Of a DNA stretch of 32,000 nucleotides, positions 24,073 to 32,000 are shown one piece after another. The notes under the pieces are model-generated. The model was not told the DNA's origin and did no database searches. It was given only the letters and a program-made list of their open reading frames with translations. The position numbers and the translations under genes were made by a program. Source of the DNA: Mucisphaera calidilacus (lineage in GTDB: Bacteria; Planctomycetota; Phycisphaerae; Phycisphaerales; Phycisphaeraceae); assembly GCF_007748075.1 (NCBI RefSeq), contig NZ_CP036280.1:660001-692000 (forward strand), given 5' to 3'. How positions within the stretch are numbered: position 1 is the stretch's first letter; the number at the start of each line of letters is the position of its first letter.

Positions 24073-25014
24073 GTGAGCCAAGCCGCCGACCCAACAACGA
24101 CGCCCGATGCCTACCGGCTGACGCACCTGCGGACGCTGGAGGCGGAGAGTATGCACATCATCCGCGAGGTGGTGGCCGAGTTTGAGAAGCCGGTGATGCT
24201 CTTTTCGATCGGCAAGGACTCGTGCGTGATGCTGCACCTGGCGCGCAAGGCGTTCGCGCCGGGCAAGCCGCCCTTCCCGCTGCTGCAGATCGATACGGGC
24301 TGGAACTTCCGGTCGATGTACGACTTCCGGGACGACTACATCGTTGGTGAGCTGGGGCTGGAGTGTCTCGTGCACATCAACGAGGAGGGGGCCAAGCAGG
24401 GGCTCAACCCGTTCATCCACGGGAGCAAGACGTTTACGGATGTCATGAACCTCGGGGCGCTGCGTCAGGCGCTGGACAAGTACCGGTTCGACGCCGCGTT
24501 CGGCGGCGGTCGGCGTGACGAGGAGAAGGCGCGGGCCAAGGAACGTGTTTATTCGTTCCGCGACGAGAACCACCGATGGGACCCGAAGAACCAGCGGCCG
24601 GAGCTGTGGAACCTCTACAACGGCGCGGTGCACAAGGGCGAGCAGATCCGGGCGTTCCCGCTCTCGAACTGGACGGAGCTGGATATCTGGCAGTACATCC
24701 ACCTGGAGAACATCCAGCTGGTGCCGATCTACTTCGCGAGTGAGATGGACGTTGTGGAGTTCGAGGGGCAGTTGATCGGCGTCGACGACGACCGGATGCC
24801 CGAGGACCTGCGGAGGACGGCCCGCAAGGAGTGGGTGCGGTTCCGGACGCTTGGCGATTACCCGCTGAGCGGCGCGACGCCGAGCCGGGCGCAGACGCTG
24901 CCCGAGATCATCCAGGAGATGCTGCTGGCGACGCGTTCGGAGCGTGAGGGTCGTGTGATCGACAAGGACCCGGGCGCGAGCATGGAAGAGAAGAAGCGGC
25001 AGGGCTATTACTAA
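24073..25014 (+). CDS. cysD: Sulfate adenylyltransferase subunit 2
   Basis: [46 protein letters not shown]...[18 protein letters not shown]...[11 protein letters not shown]...RQGYY appears collinear with E. coli CysD, from memory. Start uncertain: GTG 24073 (GGAGAG 9 nt upstream) is preferred over GTG 24010 given in the ORF track. Confidence 0.9.
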   Translation: MSQAADPTTTPDAYRLTHLRTLEAESMHIIREVVAEFEKPVMLFSIGKDSCVMLHLARKAFAPGKPPFPLLQIDTGWNFRSMYDFRDDYIVGELGLECLVHINEEGAKQGLNPFIHGSKTFTDVMNLGALRQALDKYRFDAAFGGGRRDEEKARAKERVYSFRDENHRWDPKNQRPELWNLYNGAVHKGEQIRAFPLSNWTELDIWQYIHLENIQLVPIYFASEMDVVEFEGQLIGVDDDRMPEDLRRTARKEWVRFRTLGDYPLSGATPSRAQTLPEIIQEMLLATRSEREGRVIDKDPGASMEEKKRQGYY

Positions 25015-25037
25015 TCCGCAGGGAGACGCGAGAGCGC

Positions 25038-27026
25038 ATGAGCAGCAGTGACACGAGTACGGCTGGCGGGTCGAGTTACATCGCGCAGGAAGCGGATCGG
25101 ATCGCGAGCGATATCGACGGCTACCTCAAGCAGAACGAGCGCAAGGAGATGCTCCGCCTGCTGACGTGCGGCAGCGTGGACGACGGCAAGTCGACGCTCA
25201 TTGGTCGTCTGCTCTACGACTCGAAGATGGTCTACGAGGACCAGCTCGCTGCGCTGGAGGTCGACTCCGACCGCTACGGCACGACGGACACGGACTTCGA
25301 CCCGGCGCTGCTGACCGACGGCCTGCGTGCCGAGCGTGAGCAGGGCATCACGATCGACGTGGCTTACCGCTACTTCTCGACGGCGCGGCGGAAGTTCATC
25401 ATCGCCGACACGCCCGGCCACGAGCAGTACACGCGCAACATGGCGACGGGGGCGTCGACGAGTGACCTCGCGATCATCCTGATCGATGCGCGGCACGGCG
25501 TGCTGACCCAGACCCGTCGTCACGCGTTTATTGTGTCGCTGCTGGGGATCCGTCACGTGGTGGTGGCGATCAACAAGATGGACCTGGTGGACTTCTCGGA
25601 GCCGGTCTACGACCGGATCCGGTCGGACTTCACGGATTTTGCGGCGAAGCTGGACCTGCCGGACGTGCACTTCGTGCCGATCGCTGCGTTGCACGGCGAG
25701 AACGTCGTCAACAAGTCGGAGAAGATGGGCTGGTACGGCGGCGCGACGCTGATGCACCTGCTGGAGACCGTGCACATCGCGTCGGACCGGAACCTGATCG
25801 ACCTGCGTTTCCCGGTGCAGATCGTGAACCGCCCGAACCTGAACTTCCGCGGATTCTGCGGGACGCTGGCCAGCGGCGTGGTGCGTCAAGGTGACGAGGT
25901 GATGGTGCTGCCTTCGCGCAAGACCTCGCGCGTCAAGACCATCGTGTCGTTCGAGGGCGAGCTGACCGAGGCGTTCCCGCCGATGGCGACGACGCTGACA
26001 CTCGAGGACGAGATCGACGTCTCGCGTGGTGACATGCTCGTTCATCCGCGCAACCTCCCGCGGATCGGTCGAGAGTTCGAGGCGATGCTCGTGTGGATGA
26101 CCGAGGAGGCAATGGTTCCTGGACGCGGGTACATGATCAAGCAGGCGCACAAGCTGGTGCCGGCGCGCATCAGTGACCTGCGTTACCAGTTGGACATCAA
26201 CACGCTGCACCGGCAGGAGGCGTCGGAGCTGCCGCTCAACGGCATCGGCCGCTGCCGCTTCACGACCGAGGAGCCGTTGATCTACGACCCGTACAAGGTC
26301 AACCGGACGACCGGCTCGTTCATCGTCGTGGACCGCCTGACGAACAACACCGTGGGCGCGGGGATGATTCTCGATGTGAGCGGGGAGTTGTCGGATGCCG
26401 AGCGGTCGAAACAGACCGTGACCGACAGCCCTTATGTCATGGAGCACACGAGTTCGGTGGACGCCCGGGAACGTTCGCGTCAGCTCGGACACCGCGCCTT
26501 TACGCTCTGGATCACCGGGCTTACGGGCGCGGGCAAGGCGGCGTTGGCCTACGCGTTGGAGCGTCGTCTGTTCGATCGAGGGTGTGCCGTGCACGTACTC
26601 GACGGTGGCAACACGCGTCTGGGCCTGAGCCGGGGACTCGGGTTCGGGCCGGACGACCGCTCGGAGCACCTGCGCCGTGCCGCGGAGGTGGCCCGCCTGT
26701 CGAACGACGCGGGCATGATCACGATCGCATCGTTCCTGTCGCCAAGCGCTACGGATCGTGATGCGGCGCGTGAGCTGATCGGTGCGGAGCGGTTCGCGGA
26801 GGTGTATCTGTCGGCGCCGATCGACTTCTGCAGGAAGCGGACCGGCAACGACTACTACGACAAGGCGGAGCGTGGCGAGTTGCACGATGTGGCGGGGATC
26901 AATGCCCCCTACGAAGCGCCCGAGCAGCCTGACCTCGAACTGCCGACGCACGAGCTTGATCTTGACGGGTGCGTGGAGCGTGTGATGAGTCTGATCGATG
27001 CGCGTGGTTGGTTTGAATCAGCCTGA
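25038..27026 (+). CDS. cysN: Sulfate adenylyltransferase subunit 1 (GTPase) fused to a C-terminal APS-kinase-like domain
   Basis: The N-terminal part has [20 protein letters not shown] and NKMD GTPase motifs. From about residue 468 there is an APS-kinase-like domain ([15 protein letters not shown]..., [33 protein letters not shown]). GGGAGA lies upstream of ATG 25038. Confidence 0.9.
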   Translation: MSSSDTSTAGGSSYIAQEADRIASDIDGYLKQNERKEMLRLLTCGSVDDGKSTLIGRLLYDSKMVYEDQLAALEVDSDRYGTTDTDFDPALLTDGLRAEREQGITIDVAYRYFSTARRKFIIADTPGHEQYTRNMATGASTSDLAIILIDARHGVLTQTRRHAFIVSLLGIRHVVVAINKMDLVDFSEPVYDRIRSDFTDFAAKLDLPDVHFVPIAALHGENVVNKSEKMGWYGGATLMHLLETVHIASDRNLIDLRFPVQIVNRPNLNFRGFCGTLASGVVRQGDEVMVLPSRKTSRVKTIVSFEGELTEAFPPMATTLTLEDEIDVSRGDMLVHPRNLPRIGREFEAMLVWMTEEAMVPGRGYMIKQAHKLVPARISDLRYQLDINTLHRQEASELPLNGIGRCRFTTEEPLIYDPYKVNRTTGSFIVVDRLTNNTVGAGMILDVSGELSDAERSKQTVTDSPYVMEHTSSVDARERSRQLGHRAFTLWITGLTGAGKAALAYALERRLFDRGCAVHVLDGGNTRLGLSRGLGFGPDDRSEHLRRAAEVARLSNDAGMITIASFLSPSATDRDAARELIGAERFAEVYLSAPIDFCRKRTGNDYYDKAERGELHDVAGINAPYEAPEQPDLELPTHELDLDGCVERVMSLIDARGWFESA

Positions 27027-28211
27027 TCCGTTGTCGCGTTGCGTGCGGACCCAGGTGGTCTGCCGTGCGACGAGGAAACGCAGGTAGAGCGGGATTTTCC
27101 AGAGGATGTAGAGGGGGACGGCGAGGAGGTGGACCAGCCCGACGCGTTGCCCACCGTCGCGGATGACGGCGGTGACGACGGTCAGCAGCAGCAGCAGGCC
27201 TGCGGCCACTAGCGTGATCAGCGCGCCTAGCCCGAAGGGTGTGAGGGTGGCGACAGCCGCGAGTGCGATCGTGATCGCGAGCCAGAGGACGCAGAGCATG
27301 GCCAGCGGCGGGACGGTGAGGTCGATGCCGGCGACGAGCGGGTCGATACGGAAGCGCGTGATGCCGTGCAGGATGAGCCTCGGCGCGTGGTTGATGATGG
27401 TCTGGAGGTGACCGTGTTCCCAGCGTGTTCGCTGGGTGCCGGCGGCGTTCTGATCCGAGGGGGCAGGGCTCGTGACGAGAGCCTGCTCACAGAGCCGGGC
27501 GGACTTGCCCGTCAGCGTGAGGTTGACGCCGAGCTGCATGTCCTCGACGAGGTGCCCGGAGGCAAAGTCGACGGTGGTGATCAGGTCCCAGGGCATGGCC
27601 ATGCCGGTTCCGGTCAGAGCGCAAGGGAGGTTGAGCCGTGCCAGTCCGCGGGTGCGCACGAGGTTTTTGACGAGGAAGGCGAGGACGGAGATGCGGTCTT
27701 TGAGTGAGGGTTGCTCGGGGGGATCAACGAGATTAAGGCTCTGCGCGGGTCGTTGTCGGCTGACGGCCTGACGGGCGAGCGGCAGGAGGCTGTCGGGCGC
27801 GAGCGTGCAGTCGGCGTCGATGAAGACAACGACGGCGGGCGGGTTGGCGGTGAGGTGTTCGATGCCGTGGGCGAGGGCGTATCCCTTTCCACGCTCGTGC
27901 TCGTTGTGGCGTTCGATGACCTCGGCGCCGGCGACGCGGGCGTTGTCGGCGGTGTTGTCGGAACAGTTGTCGGCGACGACGAGGACGCGGTCTTCGCTGC
28001 GGAGTTGCGGTTGAACCGATGCGATGGTCGTCGTGATGCCCGTTTCTTCGTTGTGGGCGGGGATGAGGACGGTGATCGGGCCGGGTGTGCAGTCGCTGGA
28101 GGGTTTTCGCTTGGGAAGCAGGAAGCCGAGCCATGCCTCGGCGACGACGACGGCGATGCAGAGCGTCGGCGGCAGAGCGATCAGGAGCAGGAGCGCGTCG
28201 GTCACGGTCAC
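27018..28211 (-). CDS. Membrane-bound family-2 glycosyltransferase of the processive (D,D,D,QxxRW) type
   Basis: N-terminal TM segment, [39 protein letters not shown] (Q-R-x-R-W) and C-terminal TM helices. GTG start 28211. The 3' end overlaps the convergent cysN fusion by 9 nt. Confidence 0.8.
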   Translation of the reverse strand: MTVTDALLLLIALPPTLCIAVVVAEAWLGFLLPKRKPSSDCTPGPITVLIPAHNEETGITTTIASVQPQLRSEDRVLVVADNCSDNTADNARVAGAEVIERHNEHERGKGYALAHGIEHLTANPPAVVVFIDADCTLAPDSLLPLARQAVSRQRPAQSLNLVDPPEQPSLKDRISVLAFLVKNLVRTRGLARLNLPCALTGTGMAMPWDLITTVDFASGHLVEDMQLGVNLTLTGKSARLCEQALVTSPAPSDQNAAGTQRTRWEHGHLQTIINHAPRLILHGITRFRIDPLVAGIDLTVPPLAMLCVLWLAITIALAAVATLTPFGLGALITLVAAGLLLLLTVVTAVIRDGGQRVGLVHLLAVPLYILWKIPLYLRFLVARQTTWVRTQRDNGSG

Positions 28212-29428
28212 GGTTTGCTGCTCACCTGTTGAAAGACCTTGGCGAGTCGGGCGGCTTCGGTGTTGGCGTTGTGTCGCTCGAGCACGGCGTTGCGCCCCTG
28301 TTTCCCCATGTCGGTGAGTGTCTGCGTGTTGAGGGTCAGGATGCGCTTGATGGCGTCGGTGAGTTGATCGATGTCGCCGGCGGGGACGAGCAGGCCGTTG
28401 TCGGGTTCGCGGACGAGTTCGGGGATGCCCGCGATGTAGGTGGAGAGCACCGGTCGTGCGAGGGCCATGGCTTCCATGATGACCACGGGCAGGCCTTCGG
28501 CAAAGGAGGGCAGGACCAGGGCGCGGCTGGCGAGGATCTCGTCGCGGACGCGTGTGGCGTCGATCCAGCCGGTGATGCTGACGTGATCGTGGAGATTGAG
28601 CTGGTTGATCGTCTGCTCGGCGAGCGGACGCATGTCGCCATCACCCGCGAGAACGAGTTGGACGGGCTGGCCCTCGTCACGAACGCGTGCGACGGCCTCG
28701 ATGAGCAGGAGTTGGCCTTTCTGCTCGCAGATGCGTCCCACGCAGACCAGGCGCGGCGTGTCGGGAACGGGTGTCGGTTCGCTGCCCAGAAAGTGCTCGT
28801 CGAGTCCGCAGTGGACCTCGTGGATGCGGTCCCAGCGATCGACGGGCATCCAGCGCATGAGCTGGCTGCGGCAGAAGGAGGTGATGGCGATGGCCGCGGC
28901 GGCGTGTTCGAGCTTCTCGGGCAGCCCGATGGCGGGGACCTTGTCGAACTCCTCCGGGCCGTGTGTGGTGAAGGAGTAGGGCGGGCCGCCCAGGATGCTT
29001 GTGAGGTAGGCGACGGTGGCGGAGTTGGTGCCGAAGTGGGCGTGGAGGTGATCGACGGGCTGCCTGTCAAGATCGGCAACGAGTCGCGCTGCCTCCATCA
29101 GGTAGATCAGGTGACGCATGAGTCCGCGCTCGGAATGGCGAGCGAGGCGGAGGGTGGCGAAGCAGGCTTTGATCCAGCGGGCGGGGCGCGTGAGCTTGCA
29201 CCATGTGGTGGCGGCGACGAGCGGGCCGGTGCCACGAAGGATGATGCGGGTGTTGGCGGCCTCGCGTCGGTCCTCGGGATCCACGTGATCCGAGGTTTGC
29301 CGCACGGAGTAGCGGTCGACCGTGTGGCCGAGTTGTTCGAGCGCAGCGATCTCTCGCCTGATGAAGGTGTGGCTGAGCTTGGGGTACTGGTTGACGAGGT
29401 AGGCGATGCGCACGTGGGTTCCTGTCAA
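28208..29428 (-). CDS. GT4-family (GT-B) glycosyltransferase, WcaL-like
   Basis: IAYLVNQYPKLSHTFIRREIAALEQLGH at the N-terminus. C-terminal PSFAEGLPVVIMEAMALARPVLST...ELV is the E-x7-E GT4 signature. Start is either TTG 29428 (overlapping the upstream stop) or GTG 29413, which would give MRIAYLV. Confidence 0.8.
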   Translation of the reverse strand: MTGTHVRIAYLVNQYPKLSHTFIRREIAALEQLGHTVDRYSVRQTSDHVDPEDRREAANTRIILRGTGPLVAATTWCKLTRPARWIKACFATLRLARHSERGLMRHLIYLMEAARLVADLDRQPVDHLHAHFGTNSATVAYLTSILGGPPYSFTTHGPEEFDKVPAIGLPEKLEHAAAAIAITSFCRSQLMRWMPVDRWDRIHEVHCGLDEHFLGSEPTPVPDTPRLVCVGRICEQKGQLLLIEAVARVRDEGQPVQLVLAGDGDMRPLAEQTINQLNLHDHVSITGWIDATRVRDEILASRALVLPSFAEGLPVVIMEAMALARPVLSTYIAGIPELVREPDNGLLVPAGDIDQLTDAIKRILTLNTQTLTDMGKQGRNAVLERHNANTEAARLAKVFQQVSSKP

Positions 29429-30021
29429 CGAGAATCGGGAGCAAGGATGCGATCGACGGCGTGGTTGAAGGTCGGGACGCGCGCGGTGGCGATGAGTCCT
29501 GCGTCCTCGATTTCACGGGTCCGGCCGGTGTCGACGAGGATGGTCCCCCGGCAGCCGGCGTGTCGGCCCGCGATGAGGTCGCGCTCGGCGTCGCCCACCA
29601 TCCAGCTTCGGAGCAGGTCGATGCCGTGCTCGCGCGCGATGGTGATGAGCATGCCCGGGCCGGGTTTGCGCTCGTAGCTCTCGATGATGCGTCGGCTCTT
29701 GATCTTTGTGGCCAGCGGGCAGGAGCCGATGGCGGCGAAGCGGATGTCGTGGGGCTCAAGCAGTTCGATGAGGCGGCGGTGGCAGGCGTCGACGTCGTCG
29801 TGTGTCATCAGCCCGCGTCCGATGCCCGACTGGTTGGTGGCGATGGCGAGGGTGAAGCCGGCGTCGCGGAGTCGCTGGAGTCCCTCGATCACACCGGGCA
29901 GGAGGACGACGCCGTCGGGATCGGCGAGGTAGTCGCGGTCCTCGATGAGGGTGCCGTCGCGGTCGAGGAAGACCGCGGGGCTGCCGTGTCGTGTTGGCCA
30001 TCCGGGTCCGGGGTGGATCAC
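29425..30021 (-). CDS. HAD-IIIA family sugar-phosphate phosphatase (GmhB-like)
   Basis: From ORF 29425..30156, trimmed to GTG 30021, which overlaps the upstream TGA. AVFLDRDGTLI (DxDGT), IATNQSGIGRG, RKPGPGM and WMVGDAERD. The Cys-x-Cys pair before RKP seen in classical GmhB is not evident. Confidence 0.7.
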   Translation of the reverse strand: MIHPGPGWPTRHGSPAVFLDRDGTLIEDRDYLADPDGVVLLPGVIEGLQRLRDAGFTLAIATNQSGIGRGLMTHDDVDACHRRLIELLEPHDIRFAAIGSCPLATKIKSRRIIESYERKPGPGMLITIAREHGIDLLRSWMVGDAERDLIAGRHAGCRGTILVDTGRTREIEDAGLIATARVPTFNHAVDRILAPDSR

Positions 30022-31076
30022 GACGCGTCTCTCGCAGGGGGGCGGTGGTATTCGATGATCGGTGTGGCCTTCCCGCGCAGGCGATTGATCAGGTAGGTGA
30101 GGATACCGAGAAACTCGGGGTATTTGCCGAGCATCACGTACCGCGCGTAGGCCCATTGCGGCCGTCGCTGTTCGTCACGGATGGCCCGTGCGATGCGGAC
30201 GTAAACGAGTGCGTGGAGTCCGACCAGTGCCGCGGCCGCGAGCCACCAGGCGGGGTGAACAAGGGCGGCGAGGGCGAGGGATCCAAGCAGCAGCACGGGG
30301 ATGAGCAGCGCCCAGAGGAGGATGCGGACCACGTCACGCAGGTGGAGGTACTCGGGCGGTCCGCCGTGCAGAGCGACGCTCTCGGCGTAGGCGTGACCGG
30401 TTCGTCGCGTGCGTCGCCACCACTGTGCGAGTCGCGTCATGTTGGCGTCGTGGATGGTCATGGGTCTGGAGACGCGTCGGATCAGCCAGTCGTGAAAACG
30501 GATGCGCAAGAACATCTCGGCTTCTTCGCCGGCGATCATGGCGGCGTTGAATCCGCCAGCCTGCTCGAACGCCTCGCGTCGGACCATGAAGTCGCCGCCG
30601 ACGGCCCTGACGAGGCCGGGTGGCTGGTTCCACTCGATGTCGGCGAGCCGGTTGTAGACGGACGCCTCGGGGTGGCGTTCGCGTCGCAGGCCCGCGACCG
30701 CCGCGAGTTTTGGCTCGTCGTCCAGGGTGGCGATGGCGGTCTCGATCCATCCCGACTCGACCTCGCAGTCGCCATCGACGAACTGAACGTACTGCAGTTC
30801 GGGGTGCTGCTGCGTGAGATGGTCGAAGCCGGCGTTGCGGCCGCGTGCCATGGTGAACGGGCGGGTGGTGTCGAGTTCGTGGACGTCGTAATCGAGCGAG
30901 CGTGCGAAGGCGACGGAGTTATCGGTGGATCCTGAATCGACGTAGACCAGCCGGCTGATGCCCTGATTCTTGAGTGAGTTCAGGCATCGTTCGAGGCGCA
31001 GGCCCTCGTTGCGTCCGATGACGACGACACCAACGTGCGTGCGTGGCGTTGGGTTGGGCGATGGCGTCGTGCTCAT
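30018..31076 (-). CDS. Family-2 glycosyltransferase with C-terminal membrane segments
   Basis: VGVVVIGRNEGLRLERCL..., VYVDSGSTDNS, QFVDGDCEV (DxD) and C-terminal hydrophobic helices (ILLWALLIPVLLLGSLALAALV). Confidence 0.8.
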   Translation of the reverse strand: MSTTPSPNPTPRTHVGVVVIGRNEGLRLERCLNSLKNQGISRLVYVDSGSTDNSVAFARSLDYDVHELDTTRPFTMARGRNAGFDHLTQQHPELQYVQFVDGDCEVESGWIETAIATLDDEPKLAAVAGLRRERHPEASVYNRLADIEWNQPPGLVRAVGGDFMVRREAFEQAGGFNAAMIAGEEAEMFLRIRFHDWLIRRVSRPMTIHDANMTRLAQWWRRTRRTGHAYAESVALHGGPPEYLHLRDVVRILLWALLIPVLLLGSLALAALVHPAWWLAAAALVGLHALVYVRIARAIRDEQRRPQWAYARYVMLGKYPEFLGILTYLINRLRGKATPIIEYHRPPARDAS

Positions 31077-31083
31077 GGTGTGA

Positions 31084-32000
31084 TCAGGTCGTGCGGGTGG
31101 CGGGTCGGATGATGCCGGCGACGCCCGTGAGTGATCCGAGGATCAGCGTGTAGACGGGGTTGATCATGGCGTTGAGGATACAGTCGATCTGGAAGAGCAG
31201 GACGACCGTTGTCAGGCCGACAAAGGCCGGCACCCAGTCGTGATGCCAGGCCTCCGGCGGGATCTTTCTCAGGACGACGTAGCCCGGATAGCTGAAGGCA
31301 AGAGTGAACGCTCCGAGGCCAACCAAGCCGTTGACCCCGAAGATGATGATCCAGTAGCCGTCGGTGATGGTGATGTCCCGCCCCTGCTCGTTCTTGACGC
31401 GGTTGCGTCCCCAGCCGCCCCAGCCGAGCACGGGTCGGTTGAGCGCGTGCTCGCTGAGGCGGTCTTCATTGACAACGCGGGTGCGCAGGGACTCGACGCG
31501 GTGATCGTTGAAGAACGGCCGCACCATGCTGATGACGGTGTCCGCGGAGACGATCTGAGGCAGACGCAGCGCGTAGTAGGCGGTCGGTGTCGAGACCAGC
31601 AGGAGCATGAAGCCGATCCGCACGTAGCGATTCGGCACCAGTAGCGTGATCAGCCCGAGCGCGAGCAGCAGCCAGGCCCCGGTGGACTTGCACAGGATGG
31701 CGACGATCGCGAGCAGGCTCGCGAGCATGCTCATGGGAAAGCCCCAGAGCCCGCGTAGCGCACCGGTTCGCCAGAGCCAGATGGCGATCAGCGCGGTCAT
31801 GCACATCCAGAGACCGACCATCAGGCCGTGCTGCATGAAAACGGTTGGCCGCCAGCCGCCCATGCGAAACGACTGCGAGAAGGAGTGCTGGTGGAACCCG
31901 TAGATCATCGTGTGCAGCTGCGGGCTCATCCGGATCTCGTAGAGGCAGAGCGGCACGTAGAGCAGGCCGCCGATCACCAGCCCGCGGGCCAGTTCGCGGA
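31084..32000 (-). CDS. O-antigen ligase / Wzy-like polytopic membrane protein (N-terminus probably outside the window)
   Basis: Highly hydrophobic multi-TM ORF. GGWRPTVFMQHGLMVGLWM... resembles the Wzy_C / O-antigen ligase loop-helix region. The reading frame stays open past GTG 31977 to the window end. Confidence 0.6.
   Translation of the reverse strand, partial: RELARGLVIGGLLYVPLCLYEIRMSPQLHTMIYGFHQHSFSQSFRMGGWRPTVFMQHGLMVGLWMCMTALIAIWLWRTGALRGLWGFPMSMLASLLAIVAILCKSTGAWLLLALGLITLLVPNRYVRIGFMLLLVSTPTAYYALRLPQIVSADTVISMVRPFFNDHRVESLRTRVVNEDRLSEHALNRPVLGWGGWGRNRVKNEQGRDITITDGYWIIIFGVNGLVGLGAFTLAFSYPGYVVLRKIPPEAWHHDWVPAFVGLTTVVLLFQIDCILNAMINPVYTLILGSLTGVAGIIRPATRTT

Noticed and set aside
25011-26951. 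646-aa minus-strand ORF antisense to the cysN fusion.
   Set aside because: Same reasoning. The plus-strand frame has textbook GTPase and kinase-like motifs, while the antisense product is Arg-rich low-complexity.
28085-29677. 530-aa plus-strand ORF antisense to the GT4 and HAD genes.
   Set aside because: Gly/Ala/Asp/Val-rich low-complexity product. The minus strand has a GT4 E-x7-E signature and a HAD DxDGT motif.

Overview
GC-rich bacterial chromosomal window, densely coding, with no rRNA, CRISPR array, transposase or integrase that I could see. The gene content (a pseudopilin-like G|FTLIELLVV protein, PEP-CTERM-anchored secreted proteins, dockerin-type repeats) suggests a Planctomycetota or Verrucomicrobiota-like organism; this is inference only. 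From left to right the window holds the following. (1) 1-9.6 kb: a glycan-utilisation locus. It has eight genes: seven co-directional on the minus strand and one divergent on the plus strand. They are a LacI-family regulator, a secreted GH144-like (DUF3131) putative endo-beta-1,2-glucanase, a 1107-aa GH94-like phosphorylase, two tandem paralogous PEP-CTERM surface proteins (one carrying four dockerin-type repeats), a pseudopilin-like gene, and the divergent cytoplasmic beta-propeller glycosidase. Four copies of a LacI-type pseudo-palindrome sit in its intergenic regions. (2) 9.6-15.5 kb: housekeeping genes, namely a lipoprotein beta-carbonic anhydrase, ldhA, tRNA-Lys(CTT), BamD-like, LptE-like and ftsH. 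(3) 15.5-20.5 kb: nucleotide-sugar genes, namely a NeuB-family synthase and rmlB, with divergent rmlA, an unknown membrane protein, rmlC and rmlD. (4) 20.5-27 kb: a sulfate-activation (PAPS) module, namely an SLC13/TrkA-C permease, cysC and cysQ, with divergent cysD and a cysN-kinase fusion whose kinase-like domain looks degenerate. (5) 27-32 kb: a tightly coupled polysaccharide cluster, namely a processive-type GT2, a GT4, a HAD-IIIA phosphatase, a second GT2 and an O-antigen-ligase/Wzy-like protein. The best candidate for something new is block 1. It looks like a LacI-controlled beta-1,2-glucan-type locus that appears to recruit exosortase-sorted surface proteins carrying an uncharacterised shared domain. 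All family assignments rest on motifs read by eye and need HMM or BLAST confirmation.
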